Source: the human T2T-CHM13v2.0 reference genome, Homo sapiens
DNA length: 64,000 nt
Assembly: GCF_009914755.1 (NCBI RefSeq)
Contig: NC_060947.1
Reading direction: 5' to 3' (one strand)
Below are positions 1 to 13,935 of the stretch, one piece after another. The notes beneath the pieces are model-generated. The model was not told where the DNA came from. It did not search any database and was given only the letters and a program-made list of their open reading frames with translations. Positions within the stretch are counted from its first letter, which is position 1; each line of letters starts with the position of its first letter. The translations under genes and the position numbers were made by a program.

Positions 1-110
1 TTGTGTATACACACATGTATAGATAGATATTCACACATATACATATATACACCTGTGTGTATATATCTCATTTATATGTATCCTTGTAGCTTATAAAGCT
101 TTTAAATTCT
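1..110. repeat. TA/CA-rich simple repeat
   Basis: tgtgtatacacacatgtatagatagatat...atatatc low-complexity run. Confidence 0.75.
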
Positions 111-959
111 AAATATAAAATATCTGTTAAATGACATATATAGATCTCAATGCTTATCATTAAAACAGTAGCCCTCTACTCCACCCCTGAGCCTCACTCT
201 TCAGAATTAAATACTTCCAACTCTCTTAGCTGTTTTCTTCTGATATTTACCTCCACATTTCTAAATGCCATGTCAATATTCTATTTCCCAATTTTTCTCT
301 TTTAAATATCTGTTGACTTTTAAAATGTGATTAAAGGAAGATTTAGCTCTTTTACTCCCAGCAGCACTTAAGATACACACATGCTTCCCCTCCCCTCATA
401 CATTCAATATTGGCAAATCAAAATTCCTGATTTTAACAATATTCCATGTTTATATTACTAGAATTATAAATATTGTTCACAGCTGAGTTATGTAGAATAC
501 TGTGATTATATTTCCTTCCTTGGTCATCTTGTTTGCATGGAGTTAATAATTGCCTCTTGTTTTCTGTTTGCTTAGTTTTCTCATTTTTTGCTGATAACAT
601 TCCCAATTTCTTTATCAGAACTATAAAATCTCACACAAACACTTTCATAACCCATTATTTTCACTTTTTTCCTTGGAGCTCTCCACCTTGCTCTAGTTGC
701 TAGAGGTTTGGTTTTCAAGTACTTGTCAAGTACCTCTGTGTGTATACCTCCTCCACTTGTATACCCAGCTCCATGTGAGGCCCTGAGGACAGTGGACAGA
801 TGAGTAAGATACAATCTGTCCTTGGTGAATCTACAGTCTCATGAGTGTATAATTTATAGAAATGTCTTACCAGAAGGCTGTGTGTTAAGACTTTGATCTA
901 AGCTGTCCCTTTGGTCCCACACTCAGGCAGGCCTCCTCTTCTTCGTTTCCCATGAGTTA

Positions 960-1240
960 CCAGAATGTGATACAGTCCTCCAAAGAGCAAATGTGATCTT
1001 AGGCTGCATTAACAAAAAGTTTCTAGGACAGGAGGGCTGATGCCTCTACTTCACTTTGTGTTGATAAATCCTATCCGGGGATTGTGTGTAGTTGCAAAGG
1101 ACATGGAAATACAGGGACTCATCTGAATGTGAACAACCAGGCTAACAGAGGACTGGAAACCACATCTTTTGAAATAGTTGAAAAAAAATTGGGGATGTTT
1201 GGCTTCTTGAAAGAGTAGTCTACACATAGCTATCTTCAAT
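960..1240 (+). mobile_element. L3/CR1 LINE fragment
   Basis: gcaaatgtgatcttaggctgcattaac is the characteristic CR1/L3 ORF2 'ANxILGCI' segment. Confidence 0.6.
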
Positions 1241-1589
1241 TTTATTCCCTCACATTTCCTTTTCAATTTTCTACAGGCTGGTTTCTGCCCCCACTGCTCC
1301 ACTGAAACTGCTCTCACCATAATGAGACTGCCTCTTAATTCCCCAAACCAGTGTGTTCCCATCTAAATCCTTATCTGCTGGCCACTCCCTATTCTTTGAA
1401 ATTCTCTCCTCCCTTAATTGGCAGAATGCCTCTCTTCTGTTTCTCCTCCAATCTCTTGAGCCACTCCTCCATCTTCATCTGATTCTTTTCCTCCATCTGC
1501 CCCTTAAGTGTTAGTTTTTCTAGGGATCTACTGTTGATCCTAGGCAATGCCATCCACTTTCTAGGCTTCCACAATTGCTGAAGCAGCCA

Positions 1590-1935
1590 GGGTGAGCTAG
1601 GTTATGCTCTGGTAACAAACAACCCCCAAATATCTGAGGTTTAGCACAACAAATGGTTACTTCTTTCTCATGATACGTGTCTGAAACAGGTCATCAGGGA
1701 ACATCTGCTCATGATAGTCACCAAAGACCCAGGATGGTAGAGGATCCAACATAACACTGCTTCCACAGTCAGCATCAGAGGGAGGAGAATGTGGCAAATC
1801 ATACATTTGCTCTTAAAGCTTCTGCCCAGAAGTGACTCATGTCACCTCAACTCACACTTCATTGTCCAAAGCAAGTCATATGGCCGTGCCTAACTTCAGA
1901 GGGTGTGGGAAAGTGTAGTCCTACTATGTCCCTGA
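1590..1935 (-). mobile_element. Old MLT1 (MaLR) LTR, MLT1J/K/L-like
   Basis: gctaggttatgctctggtaacaaacaacccccaaatatct...gtcatatggccgtgcctaacttcagaggg resembles the MLT1 consensus. Confidence 0.6.
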
Positions 1936-2839
1936 TGACTAAGTCCCTAACCCCTGATGGCTTCCAAGCCTTTATGCAGACCCTCCTTCTGAGCTGACTG
2001 CTGTGTCCAACTGCCTCCTCAACATTTCCACCTGGCTGACTCACATATACCTCAAAGTCAACATGACCCCAAACTGAATTTATCGTCTTCACCCCCAACT
2101 CTATGCCTCCTATTTTCCCTGACTTAATAAATGAAACTATTCATCCAGCTACCCAACCCAGAAGCTTGGTCATCATCCTGGATCTCTCCCTCTCTCTCAT
2201 TCCCCACATCCTTAAATAATCCTGGTGATTCTACCTCTTTAACATCTCACATCCACCCCTTCCTCCCTATTTCTCAATTCTGCCACTGTTGCCTTAGTCG
2301 GGGCCCTCACAACCTCTCACTCAGACTGTTGGAATTGTCTTGTAACTGATCTCTGTGCCTCCGGTCTTGATGCCTATACTCCATCAACCACACTTTCAGA
2401 CAGAAGTCCGAAAAGTTAGTCATGGGAGTGGCAAGCCATCTTTAAGTAGGCAATTATTTGAAACCTATTAAAGGCTCTCCATTGCCTATAGGATGAAGCC
2501 CAGCTCCTTGTCAGCTTCCAGAGCATATCATAACCATGGCCATGGCCGTCCTCTGCAACCTCATCTCCCATTGTATCCCACTTTGCGCCCTCTAACTATG
2601 CTGAACTACCTACAGTCTCTAAACTCAGCACTATTTCACACTTCCAGGCCTTTATGCCTGCTCATTTCTTTGCTTGAAGTGCACTTATTCTTTCCATATT
2701 CCACCTAGTTACCTTCTACTCATTTTTTTTTCAATCCCTAACTCAACCCTCTCCCACATGGAGATGTTTTCCTGTCCTTCAGCCCTCAAAACACAGTTGA
2801 TCACTCCTCTCTTAATGCTACTACTGTACCAAGGAGATA

Positions 2840-3204
2840 CAGTGCTTCTTGACTTACAATGGGGTTACACCTTGATAAACCCATTGTAAGTTGAGAGTAT
2901 CTTAAGTTGAAAATGCATTTAATACACCTAACCTACCAAACATCAGAGCTTAGCCTAGCCTACCTCAAACGTGCTCAGAACACTTACATTAGCCTACAAT
3001 TAGGCAAAATCATCCAACACAAAGTGTATTTTATAATAAAGTGTTGAATATGTCATGTAATTCATTGAATACTGTACTAAAAGTGAAAAACAGAACGGTT
3101 GTATGGGTACTTGAAGTATCATTTCCACTGAATATATATTGCTTTCTCACTTTGGTAAAGTTGAAAAAGTGTAAGTTGAGCCATCATAAGTTGGGGACTG
3201 TCTG
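2840..3204 (+). mobile_element. MER47A (TcMar-Tigger non-autonomous DNA transposon), full length
   Basis: TA|cagtgcttcttgacttacaatggggttac...cataagttggggactgtctg with degenerate terminal inverted repeats, ~365 bp, matching the remembered MER47A consensus. Confidence 0.85.
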
Positions 3205-3489
3205 TGCTACCTATCACAGTGACTTAAAATGATTGATTCATATAGTTGTCTCCCCTGCTCCCTGAAGACAGGAATCTTGTCTTACTCATCTCTATTATCT
3301 GTAGTTCCCAGTACAGTGCCAGGCACTCAGAAGATGTTCAAGAAATGTTTGCATGGACAAATAATGAGAAAAACAGACTCAGAGAAGTCTAAAAATACCT
3401 GCAGGGTTGGCACGGGGGACAGGAAGGTAGCTGTTCCATATGGCACCAGTAGAGCTAGTAAGAGCTGCGAGTGAAGCCACAAGGAGGAA

Positions 3490-3695
3490 TTAGTTCAAAA
3501 TAAGGAAGAACTTCTGTAACTGCTAGAGTTATCTGAAGATATGGGCTGCCCTAGGACAGCATGACCCCCTGTGACAAGGCTTACAATCAGAAACTGGATA
3601 AGCACTTGGCAGTGATGTTGGAGTGGAAATTCCAACAGCAGATAGGGCAGTGTTGTGATGGTTCTCATGGTCCCTTCTATTCTGGAACAGTCATG
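3490..3695 (+). mobile_element. L3/CR1 3' fragment
   Basis: aaggaagaacttctgtaac...gggctgccc...ggtcccttctattct is typical of an L3 3' end. Confidence 0.5.
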
Positions 3696-5015
3696 ACCCT
3701 GACTCCTCTGCTCACCTGATTGACAGGGATTATCTAGGCCCCTTCAGAGCTGCTCCTACATTAGGAACACTGTTTCTCCACTGGACCAACCCTGTCCAGG
3801 CTGGGCCCATCCAGCCACTGGCCTTTGAGCAGATGGCCCAAGAGGCTTGGTGGTGGGAGAGCTTTCTGGAACTGCACTGGCTCTAGGTTCTCACCCTCCT
3901 CTCTGGCCATCTCACCTGCCTTTCCTTCAGGCCATGCCACTTTGACTCATGACTGCTCAGTTTGAGAAGCAGGACAGCTGTTGCTTATTTTTACAGCCAC
4001 TTAAGTAGAACCCTATTATCCACCTGGATTTGCCCTTTAATGCATCTAATCCCAGTCTGATTCTACCAATCCCAGTGAACTACTGTCCCCAGAGTTATGT
4101 CCATGATCTCCTTCCTCTGGTTGAGGAGACTGATTTTGACCTAACCCTGTTCTGATCCAACTTTTGAAAGCCCAGAGTCGGGACTAGGAGCACTTGGCTC
4201 TTTTCAGACCCTGCCCGAGGGGGTTCCTCACACACTTCTCTGTGTGCTGATGGATGCAGTACAAAGAGGCATCAGGTTAGCAGTCAGGTTGCCTCCCTTC
4301 TAATCATGGCTTATAGTTGATTTCTTGCATGCCTCTGACTTGGCTAAGCCAACCCTCTTCTTTGGGTCTCAGTTTCCCTATGGGTAAAATCTGGGAGCGG
4401 AGTGTACCGTGGTGTCTGTGGACAGTGGATTTCATCCCCATGTGTAGCTCACATTGCTGCTTTGCCTCCACAGGCTCTGCGGCTGCAGCTCCAGCTGCTG
4501 GCCAAGGGCCCCAAGGGTACATTAGGAAGACAAGCAGCCCTGGAGAGAAGGCCTATAGGGAGGATTTGGATGGGGAAACAGGCCCCAGGGATGGAAGCAA
4601 GTTAGAATCCATGAAGGAAACTGCTTACTTCCTGGTTGGCAAGAACTAAAGCTCTCCTCCCTGGAGGGCTTTTCAGCCCCAGAACCAAGGAGCTCGGTAT
4701 GGCCTCCGCTTTCTAAACTTTCTGGCCCTGAGTCCTGGCTTTGGGATGTAAAAGTCTTCTTTCTAGAGGAGAGTGGGGATGATGATGCCCTGGCCAGGGC
4801 TGCAAGCGCCAGAGCCAGAGGGTAAGGCTCTCTGGGTCCTCCCTAGATTGGCAACTGCAGAGCCCAGGAGGGGTGGTGACACCTCTCATCTTGCCCCTCC
4901 CATTTCTGGAGTGCTCTGCAGCCCAGCTGGGAGGAGGGATGGGACAGCCTTCGCAGCTTCCTTTTTGGGTTAATTGGTGTTCCCTCTAGTTATTTCCTGC
5001 TTCCTTCCCCTCCCA

Positions 5016-5029
5016 GTTCCCATAGCAAC
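5016..5029. promoter_or_regulatory. RFX X-box motif GTTCCCATAGCAAC
   Basis: Close match to the palindromic X-box GTTNCCATRGCAAC in unique intronic sequence. Confidence 0.5.
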
Positions 5030-5384
5030 TGGGCTGTAGCAGCCAGAACTTGATTGAGCCCAGCAGTGGCCCGACTGAGGTGGGGAAAGGAGGGCACTGC
5101 CAGGTCAATGCTTCCCACCCCACCCATCCCCCGCTGCCATCTCAAGGGTTCAGGATGGTTAAGCCCAGAGGACAGGGCATAATTGGAAAGCCTTTTATGC
5201 CAGGGCTAGAGTTTGAAGAGCCTAACATGCCAGAGCAGGCCTGGTTCTCCTCAGCTCTCCTCCCCTCCCCATGCCCTGTGTCCTGCCTCTTAAATTTTGA
5301 ATTCACTGTTGCTGGTAGGATTGTTCAGTAGGAAGAACCCTGGAGTTGGAGGTGGGAAACCAGGTTTCCAGTTCCTCCCAAACC

Positions 5385-6020
<636 letters not shown>

Positions 6021-6399
6021 TAGACAAGTGCCCAGGAACCTGTGAATGCCCAAACAACCCCCCCCTGTCAACCCCTGGCTCAGTCCTAACACTAGTGAAA
6101 CAGGGCAAGCTACCTAGGTCCATCTAAGAAACAGGGCTGCAGAGTCTAAGGCAGGCTTGTTGCCCAAGCTGTAACAAACACTGAGAGCCAGATCTTTCAC
6201 CTGAGAAGGACCCCAGGCTACCTCTGAGGCATGAGGGATAGCAATGGCCTCCGCTGGCCGGCTGTGGGGCTGAGGAATTGGATTACCTCTGAGCCCCACA
6301 TCACTCTTCTTCCTCCATTCCCCTCATTAGCTCCTTGCCTGTTCCTGCCTCGCCACCCACAGGCCTGGTGTCCTCCCCAAGCAATCTGCTCACCCACTT

Positions 6400-6413
6400 G
6401 TTGTCATGGTGAC
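6400..6413. promoter_or_regulatory. RFX X-box-like motif GTTGTCATGGTGAC
   Basis: Match to an X-box-type GTTRYCATGGYRAC pattern in unique intronic sequence. Confidence 0.45.
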
Positions 6414-6889
6414 TCTGGCTGGGGGTGTGGGGACTGAGTGGGGAGGTCGTCTAATTAAGGAGAAAGGCCACACTCCCAATGTCAGGCCACCCCTCCCCCT
6501 TCCCCAACCTACCCTGGCTGGCTCCCTCCATTCCTCCCTCCAGGAGCAGATGACGGGAGCGCCCAGCCACCATAGCCTGTTACTGGGCTAATTGCAGTTG
6601 CCTGGGAGGAGGGCAGGAACTCCACTGGGGCCTCCTCACCTAGGAGCTGGAACACTGAACTAGAAGAGCCCAGAGAGAATTCCACAGGGACCTCTGAGTC
6701 ACACTGATGGATGCAGGGTTGGGAGGGGGCCGATTGCACACATTTTGGGGTGAGGGTTAGGCAGGCTCTGGGTCCAGGCTACAGACATTGAGGCAGAGCC
6801 TATGGACAGAGACTCATCTTGGCACTCTGGGGCTCAAAAGATGGAGGGAAGTCTCTAAGGTACTGGGACCCTTAGTTCTTGTAATTTCA

Positions 6890-7425
6890 TGTTCTTTCCT
6901 GCCTTACTTCTGTTTCTTTCTCCTCCCCTTCTTGCGCTCTCTTATTCCTCTTTCTTAGCTTTGCTTTCTTACAGCCCCATCTCTCTTAGCCACTCTTATT
7001 CCATCTTATTCACCCCCGCTTGTTCTTACCCATCTTTCTTACTCCCTCTTTCTTACCGCTTCCTCTTAACAGCTCCGCTTACCCCTATCTCACCCTCTGT
7101 TATGTCCCTACCTTTCAACTTCTTTCACCCTCACCCCACTCTTAACCCTTCACCTCCCTTACACCCTCCACCTCTAATTCCCTGGCTCTTTCTCCCCAAC
7201 CCCGTTGTTTCCTACCCCCACTATTCCTACCATTCCTTACCCTCTCTTTGCTATACACCTCCTGTCTTCCACCCCTTACCCCAACTGCCACTCTCTCATA
7301 CCCCTCAAACCCCTCTCTTCCTGCCCTCCTTTAACCCTCCAGCTCTCTTACCCTGCCTCCTATTTTCACCTGTTTTTTCACCCTCCTTTCACTCTTTTCC
7401 CGTTCCTTTTCACATACTCTTTTAG
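6890..7425. repeat. CT-rich low-complexity polypyrimidine tract (~530 bp)
   Basis: Mostly C/T on the + strand with few G and recurrent ctctt/cttacc units. Confidence 0.85.
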
Positions 7426-7899
7426 CCCAGTAATTTCATATTTAGGAATTTATATAAATAAAATTTAACACAAGTGTGTGAGAGATGTGTGTATAAAGAC
7501 AGTCACTGGAGCGTTGTTCATAATAGTGAAAATGTGGAAATAAGTGTCCATGAGCAAGAGATCACCAATGCCCTTTTCATTCCATTCATACAAAACCATT
7601 CTCTGTTCTCTTAACACACCATGGATTTGTTTGCCGACATACCTTTGCTTAAGCTATTGTCTCAGCCTGGAATGCCCATTTACCTCATCTCTACCCATCC
7701 CATCTAACATCCTGATTTGAGTCCAAGCTCAACTGTTCTCCCACCACTGAAATCTTTCCCTGCTTCTCTACTTGCTTCCCTCCAGTGGTCCATGGTTTGA
7801 ACTCTCCTTTCTATAGATCATATGCCATAGATTCAAATTAGATGTGTCTACCCATGAAACTGGAATTTTCATGAGCGTAGGGACATGTCCTCATTTACT

Positions 7900-8725
7900 T
7901 GTCCTGTTCATTCATTCAACAGATTTTTTAAAGTGTATATTGTGCCGAGTATACAACAGTTAATAAAGCAAACCCATGTCTGCTTACGTGCAACTCACAT
8001 TTTAGTGGGGCTGACAGGAACAAAACAAGAGTGCAGAGAAAGTAATACTTGTGGTGAAGAAACAAGGAAAAGAGAATAATGAGGGCAGCATCCTTTGGTG
8101 AGAGGGGTAAGGGAGATCCTCTCTGAGGAGAGGACATTTAAACTGAGACCTGAAAAGTGAGAATGACCCAGACATGTCAAGAGTAGGGGGAAGAGCATTC
8201 TGGGCCAAAAGAATAGCATGTGCCAAGGCCCTGAGGTGGGAACAAGTAGGGCATGTTCAAGGAAAAGAAAGAAAATGAAGTTGGAGAGAAAGACAGGAGC
8301 AAAGTTATACGAGGGCTAGAAGTCTGTGGTCAGAAGCTTAATTCTAAATGCATCAAAGGGTTTGGAGCAAAGGAGTAACATGAGTCAATTGCGTTTTGAG
8401 ACCACTCTTCCTCCTGTGTGGACAGTGGATTGGAAAGAGCAAGGGTGCAGGTGGAGAGGCCAGATGGGAGACTGTCATCCAGGTGAGAGATGATGATGGC
8501 TTGCCCAAAGGCATAGATGTGGAGCTACAATTGGCATGCCTTGCTGATGGACTAGATGTGGGGATACAGAGAAACGGAAATGAAGGCTGACATCTAGGTT
8601 TCATGGCACTCACTGAAATGGTCAAGACTTGAGGAGGACAGTGGATTGGGGATTAAAAAAATAAGATCTACATTTTAAAATTTATAACATGTTAAATTTG
8701 AGATGCCTGTGAGATACCGAAGTCC
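7900..8725 (-). mobile_element. L2 LINE fragment
   Basis: Begins ttcattcattcaaca (L2 tail reversed); contains agcatgtgccaaggccctgaggtggg and aaatttgagatgcctgtgaga. Confidence 0.7.
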
Positions 8726-8899
8726 CAAGCAATGCTTTGCTCTTTGGGGGACTGGTTAGCAACACAACCTACCCCATCACCCACTAGTACCTCCCTGCTT
8801 TGGAAAAGGCCAGTGTGGGATTGCATTGCCAAAGTCCATGTTCACAGCAGTTATTTGTAGTTTAGTGAAAATGTTTGAAGTAAGTATAAGAAACTGACA

Positions 8900-9320
8900 G
8901 TGCTTCTGAAACCATGTTGCTCAGAATATGGTAGAAGAGCCTCCTGTGGCACAGTGACCTGGACCTGGCTCAGAAATGCAGATTCTGAGCCCACCTCCGT
9001 CCTCTTGAAGCTGAAACAGAGGGAGACATCTGCATATTTTAACAAATGCTTCAGGGGGTTCTGAGGCACTCTGAAGTCTGAGAACCATTGCTGTGAGGAA
9101 CAACAATGAACCTAGAAAGCACCCCTAAAGATACAGGACTGGATGTGGGTGGCAAGACAGGAACAGGCAAGGTGCATGAGAGCCATCTGGGCATCTGTTA
9201 AAATGCAGATGCTGACTTGGCAGATCGGGGGTGGAGCCTGAGATTCTGCATCTCTCACAAGCTCCTAGGTGATGGTGATGCTGCTGGTCCAGGTCCACAC
9301 TTTGAAGAGCAAGGACCTAG
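8900..9320. mobile_element. MER5A-like hAT fragments (two)
   Basis: agaaatgcagattct...gaagtctgagaaccattgc; gggtggagcctgagattctgcatctctcacaagctcctaggtgat. Confidence 0.6.
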
Positions 9321-9330
9321 ATCAGTGGAT

Positions 9331-9586
9331 CAGTGGTTGACAACTGGAGACAATACCCCTACCCCAGGGGAACATTTGACAATGGCTGGAGACATTTTTT
9401 TTGGTTTTTTTTTGTTGTTGTTTTTTTTTTTGGTTTTCACAAGAGGTGAGGGGAGAGAATGCTACTACTGTGTAATGGGTAGAGGCCAGAGATGTTGTGC
9501 AGTATCCTGCAGTGTACAGGACAGCCCCCACAACAAAGAATTATCTGACCCATAATGTCAGTAGTATCACTGTTAAGAAACCCTGG
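9331..9586. mobile_element. MER20 (hAT-Charlie)
   Basis: cagtggttgacaactgg...ggctggagacattttt...gtagaggccagagatg...acaacaaagaattatctgacc...aagaaaccctg. Confidence 0.8.
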
Positions 9587-10393
9587 GCTTGATGATAACC
9601 AAAGAGTATGGAGCAGGGAATCTTCCTTAGCTAGGACCCAGTGCCTGGTAGGAGTGGACTAGATGAGGGACAGGAAGCATACCCATGAAGTGAAACTGCA
9701 AAGCAGAGGTTCCAAATGAAACGTAGCAGTGTGTTTGATGTCTGCTCCATGCCAGAGCGGAAGCCAATAGGGCAGAGCATGGATCAAGTAGAGCTCAAAG
9801 GCACATGTGGTGCCTGGTAAGGCAGGTTCCTGGTTTTTTTTTTATTATTAAAAATAACCCCTCACATTTACATTACACTTCAGAGTTTACAAAACATTTT
9901 CATATATGCCATATTATTTCATCCATACAACACCCTAATGAGGTAAAGCAAGGATTATTCTTTCTCTTTCTTGAATTTAGAAACTCAATACCATCAGCCA
10001 AAGAAATGTTTGCTGAATTGAACAGAACTGACATTTGCCTCATTATATATAGGTAGTCTCAGACAAGTCAGATACTTCCTTGGACCAAGTGTAAAATGAC
10101 AGGGTTGCATGGAATGATTGGCAAGGCTCCTTCCAGTTCTGACCTTCCAGTAATTTTGTGATCTTTGCCAACACACAAATTTTGAGTCTTGGATGACTGC
10201 AGACTGGGGTGCTTGGGAGTACTGGCTATGAAATCGGAGATCTTAGGTAAGATGCAGTGGCCTTGATCCAAGCCCTTCTTCCTCTCTACCCCCTGGATCT
10301 TGGGGTTAGGTTGGTGAGGCCCCCTTGAGAGACCACAAGTAAGTCCTCCCATCCCTCTCCTCTGAGGTGGGAAGGGGCTGGCACATGGGCTGA

Positions 10394-11378
<985 letters not shown>

Positions 11379-13935
11379 CAGTAGGGAGGGAGGACAGACC
11401 TCCACCACACTGACATCAGCTCCAGCTCCCCCAGGTTGGGGGGGAGGGGGCTCCTCCCATGGGAGGTGTAGGATAAGGTGGGGGCGGGGGAAATGGGGGA
11501 ATGACACATCCCCCCCAACCTACCCCCACCCCAAAAGCAGCTCCAACAGAATGGCCAGAGGGCCTCAGGGAGCTGCAAAACTCATCCAGGAGAAAAAGGC
11601 AGGAGCAGCAAGTGACCCCTCCCAAGCTCCCATCTATGGGGCTTAGCAAAAAAAGGGAGGAAGTGGGGGCTGGATATGCCCACCCCTGCCAAAAGCCCTG
11701 ACCCCAGGGAAGGAGGCTGCTCACCCAGCCTTGGCCCTGCAGGGAATGTTGGGGGGCACAGAGGGGAGAAGCTCTTTCCCCCACTCCACATTCCTTTTGT
11801 TGCCAAGATCCTTAATTCCCTCCTGCCCATATCCCTACAGGCGACGGCAGACAGTGCAATGGCCCTCCTGCCACTTCAGCACACCTTGCCCCACCTGGGA
11901 CCATCACACGTGAAGCACCAGGCTGGGAGATGAGGTGCACACAGTTGCAGCTAGGTCGGGGCCCCAGTTAAGCTGTGCCCCACCACCCTAGGCAATGAGG
12001 GGCAGGAAAGGGGTACAGAATGAATGGTGAAAGAGAGTGGAGATACGGAAGGGGGAGAGGAGAGGAGAAATGTGGACAGAGGGCTTGAAGACATGGCCGA
12101 ATAGGCTACTGCCACCCGGCTTTGGGGAGATGGGCGATAAGTGTTGAGGTAGGCTCGAGAACTGCTCCCCAAATCAGTGAGAATTGCATTAGGAGCCCTC
12201 TGGGGAAAGAGCACAGGAACTGAGTTGCTGGGCCTCAAAACAAAAGGCTGCAGGCACATGGTTAGACTGCCGCTGTCTGAAGGACCATATCTTACAGAAG
12301 GTGCACATACTCCCAAGGGCCACTCTTGCCCTGGAGATCTTGGCCTTGGGGCCAAAGACATTTCCATTTCCGATCTCCATGGGGAGGAGGGACTTAAGCC
12401 CAAGTGGGTCAGGCCTGGCCCAGGTCCTTATACTCCCCTATCTTGTCCTAGCCCAGGCCTCCATGAAGGAGAACCTGGTGGCATTGCCCCAGAGCTCTCC
12501 AGAGATGAGCCTCCCCTATCCCCACCCTGTCCCCGTCCCCAGCCTACCAAAGAGTATTCACACCTTTCCATCCCTGACTCTATGGGTTACTGTCCCAATT
12601 GCGAAACACCCATACTCCTCTTCACCCTGTAGCAGGGTCTTCTGCTCCAGTCACCCCGGCCTCTTGCAAGAGAAAGTCCAGGGACTGGCAAGAAGACCCT
12701 TTGACTAAAGATAATGTGCTGTCATATCTTGGCTGAGAAACTGTTGAGTCAGGCTAGAGGACTGGACAAGAGAAGAGGCATTGAGAGCCCCCTTGGGAGC
12801 CATTAGCCTTGCTCTGGTCTGCTGTGTGGGGTTGGGGAGTAGGGGGGATCCCACATTGCCTGGGACATCTGAATGCTGATACGAATGGACAGGAAAGGGA
12901 GCCAGAGCTGTATACCTGGGACAGGCCAGGGAGCCTTTAGTGCCAGCAGGGCCTGTGTCCTGGGATGTGATGCTAGTGAGTGAATGGGAGGGCGGGCCTG
13001 GAGCTGCGTGAGAGTGAAACCAAGAAGCGGATGGGGAAGGGAGAGCTGGCCTTGGTCAGCTTAGGGATGAATGGAGAAGGAATCATTCATGGGCCTCGGC
13101 TAGGTCCCAGACTGATTACATGAGACTGGGGAGTCCTTCCCTGCCAGTTTTCTCATTTATTACAGCCTATCCCCCAACCCTACCCCTGTGCCCTGCCTAC
13201 ACACTCCCGTTTGGCCCTCAGCACTTTGGGCCTGGTCACATACCCCATCCCTAGAGTGCTCTTTTCAGCTGGGGAGGGGAAGAGGTGCTGGCTCCTTTCC
13301 AGACATGCTTATGTATAAGTAAAGGGGCAGGTGCTTGGGCTCCAGAGAGACCCTAGGTACTGCCTTCTAACTCCTGCATCCTCAGAAGGGGAAAAGGGAC
13401 TGGGAAGTAAAGGGAAACCATATGGCCCCAGGGAATGGACCCTTGGAGACTCCCATCCTCTCTTCCCCCTCACCAAGTGCCCAGGAGACCCCTGGCTCAG
13501 ACCAGCCCAAGGCCTTGCCCAGTGGCAGGGGAAAGGGGCACCTCACTCCACCTCAAAGTCATTTGACTGCCCCCATCCACCCCACCACCCTAATCTTCCA
13601 CCACCTCTCCGGCTGCCCCTGCCCTCCATCACAGACAGCAGAGCCGGGCAGCTTTCTTATGCCATTTTCTACACTGTGCTTCATGAGTAGGACTTTCTTG
13701 CACTAGTTCCTATGACTGAGTCTCCAAACTGGTTTCCTAGTAGTCCCCCATCCCTTCCTCCCTTACCCAGCTATGATTCAGTTGTCTCTGCCCTCCCTCT
13801 TACCCTGCCTCTGTGTTTCGGTGAGAGTCTCTGTATATGTACTGCTTTCTGTTTTGTTGCATTGTGGGGCAGAGGCCTCTCTGCTCTTGTTTAACCCCAT
13901 AAAGAAATAAATGGTAAGACTTGATGATAACCCTC
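11379..13935 (+). other. NALF2: NALF2 3' UTR (~2.5 kb; end approximate)
   Basis: Unique sequence with no recognisable interspersed repeats, running from the stop codon to the first canonical poly(A) signal I found. Repeats resume shortly after. Confidence 0.8.
13906..13911 (+). terminator. NALF2: Polyadenylation signal AATAAA of NALF2
   Basis: AATAAA with upstream TGTA motifs (ctgtatatgtac, ~13831-13842), a U-rich stretch, and a downstream GU/U-rich element (tggctttgttctgtgg, ~13942-13957). Confidence 0.82.

Larger units (their letters stand above)
1250..3370 (+). mobile_element. L2 LINE fragments, interrupted by MLT1 and MER47A
   Basis: L2-like text (ccactgctccactgaaactgctctc; ctcaaagtcaacatgaccccaaactgaatt) ending in an L2 3' tail (agtacagtgccaggcac...tgtttgcatggacaaat). 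Confidence 0.65.

Noticed and set aside
6889-7468. 178-aa and 87-aa Pro/Leu/Ser/Phe-rich ORFs
   Set aside because: Artefact of a CT-rich tract that is poor in stop codons.
13622-13643. Possible REST/RE1 site (ccatcacagacagcag)
   Set aside because: Only the right half resembles the RE1 consensus; too many mismatches.
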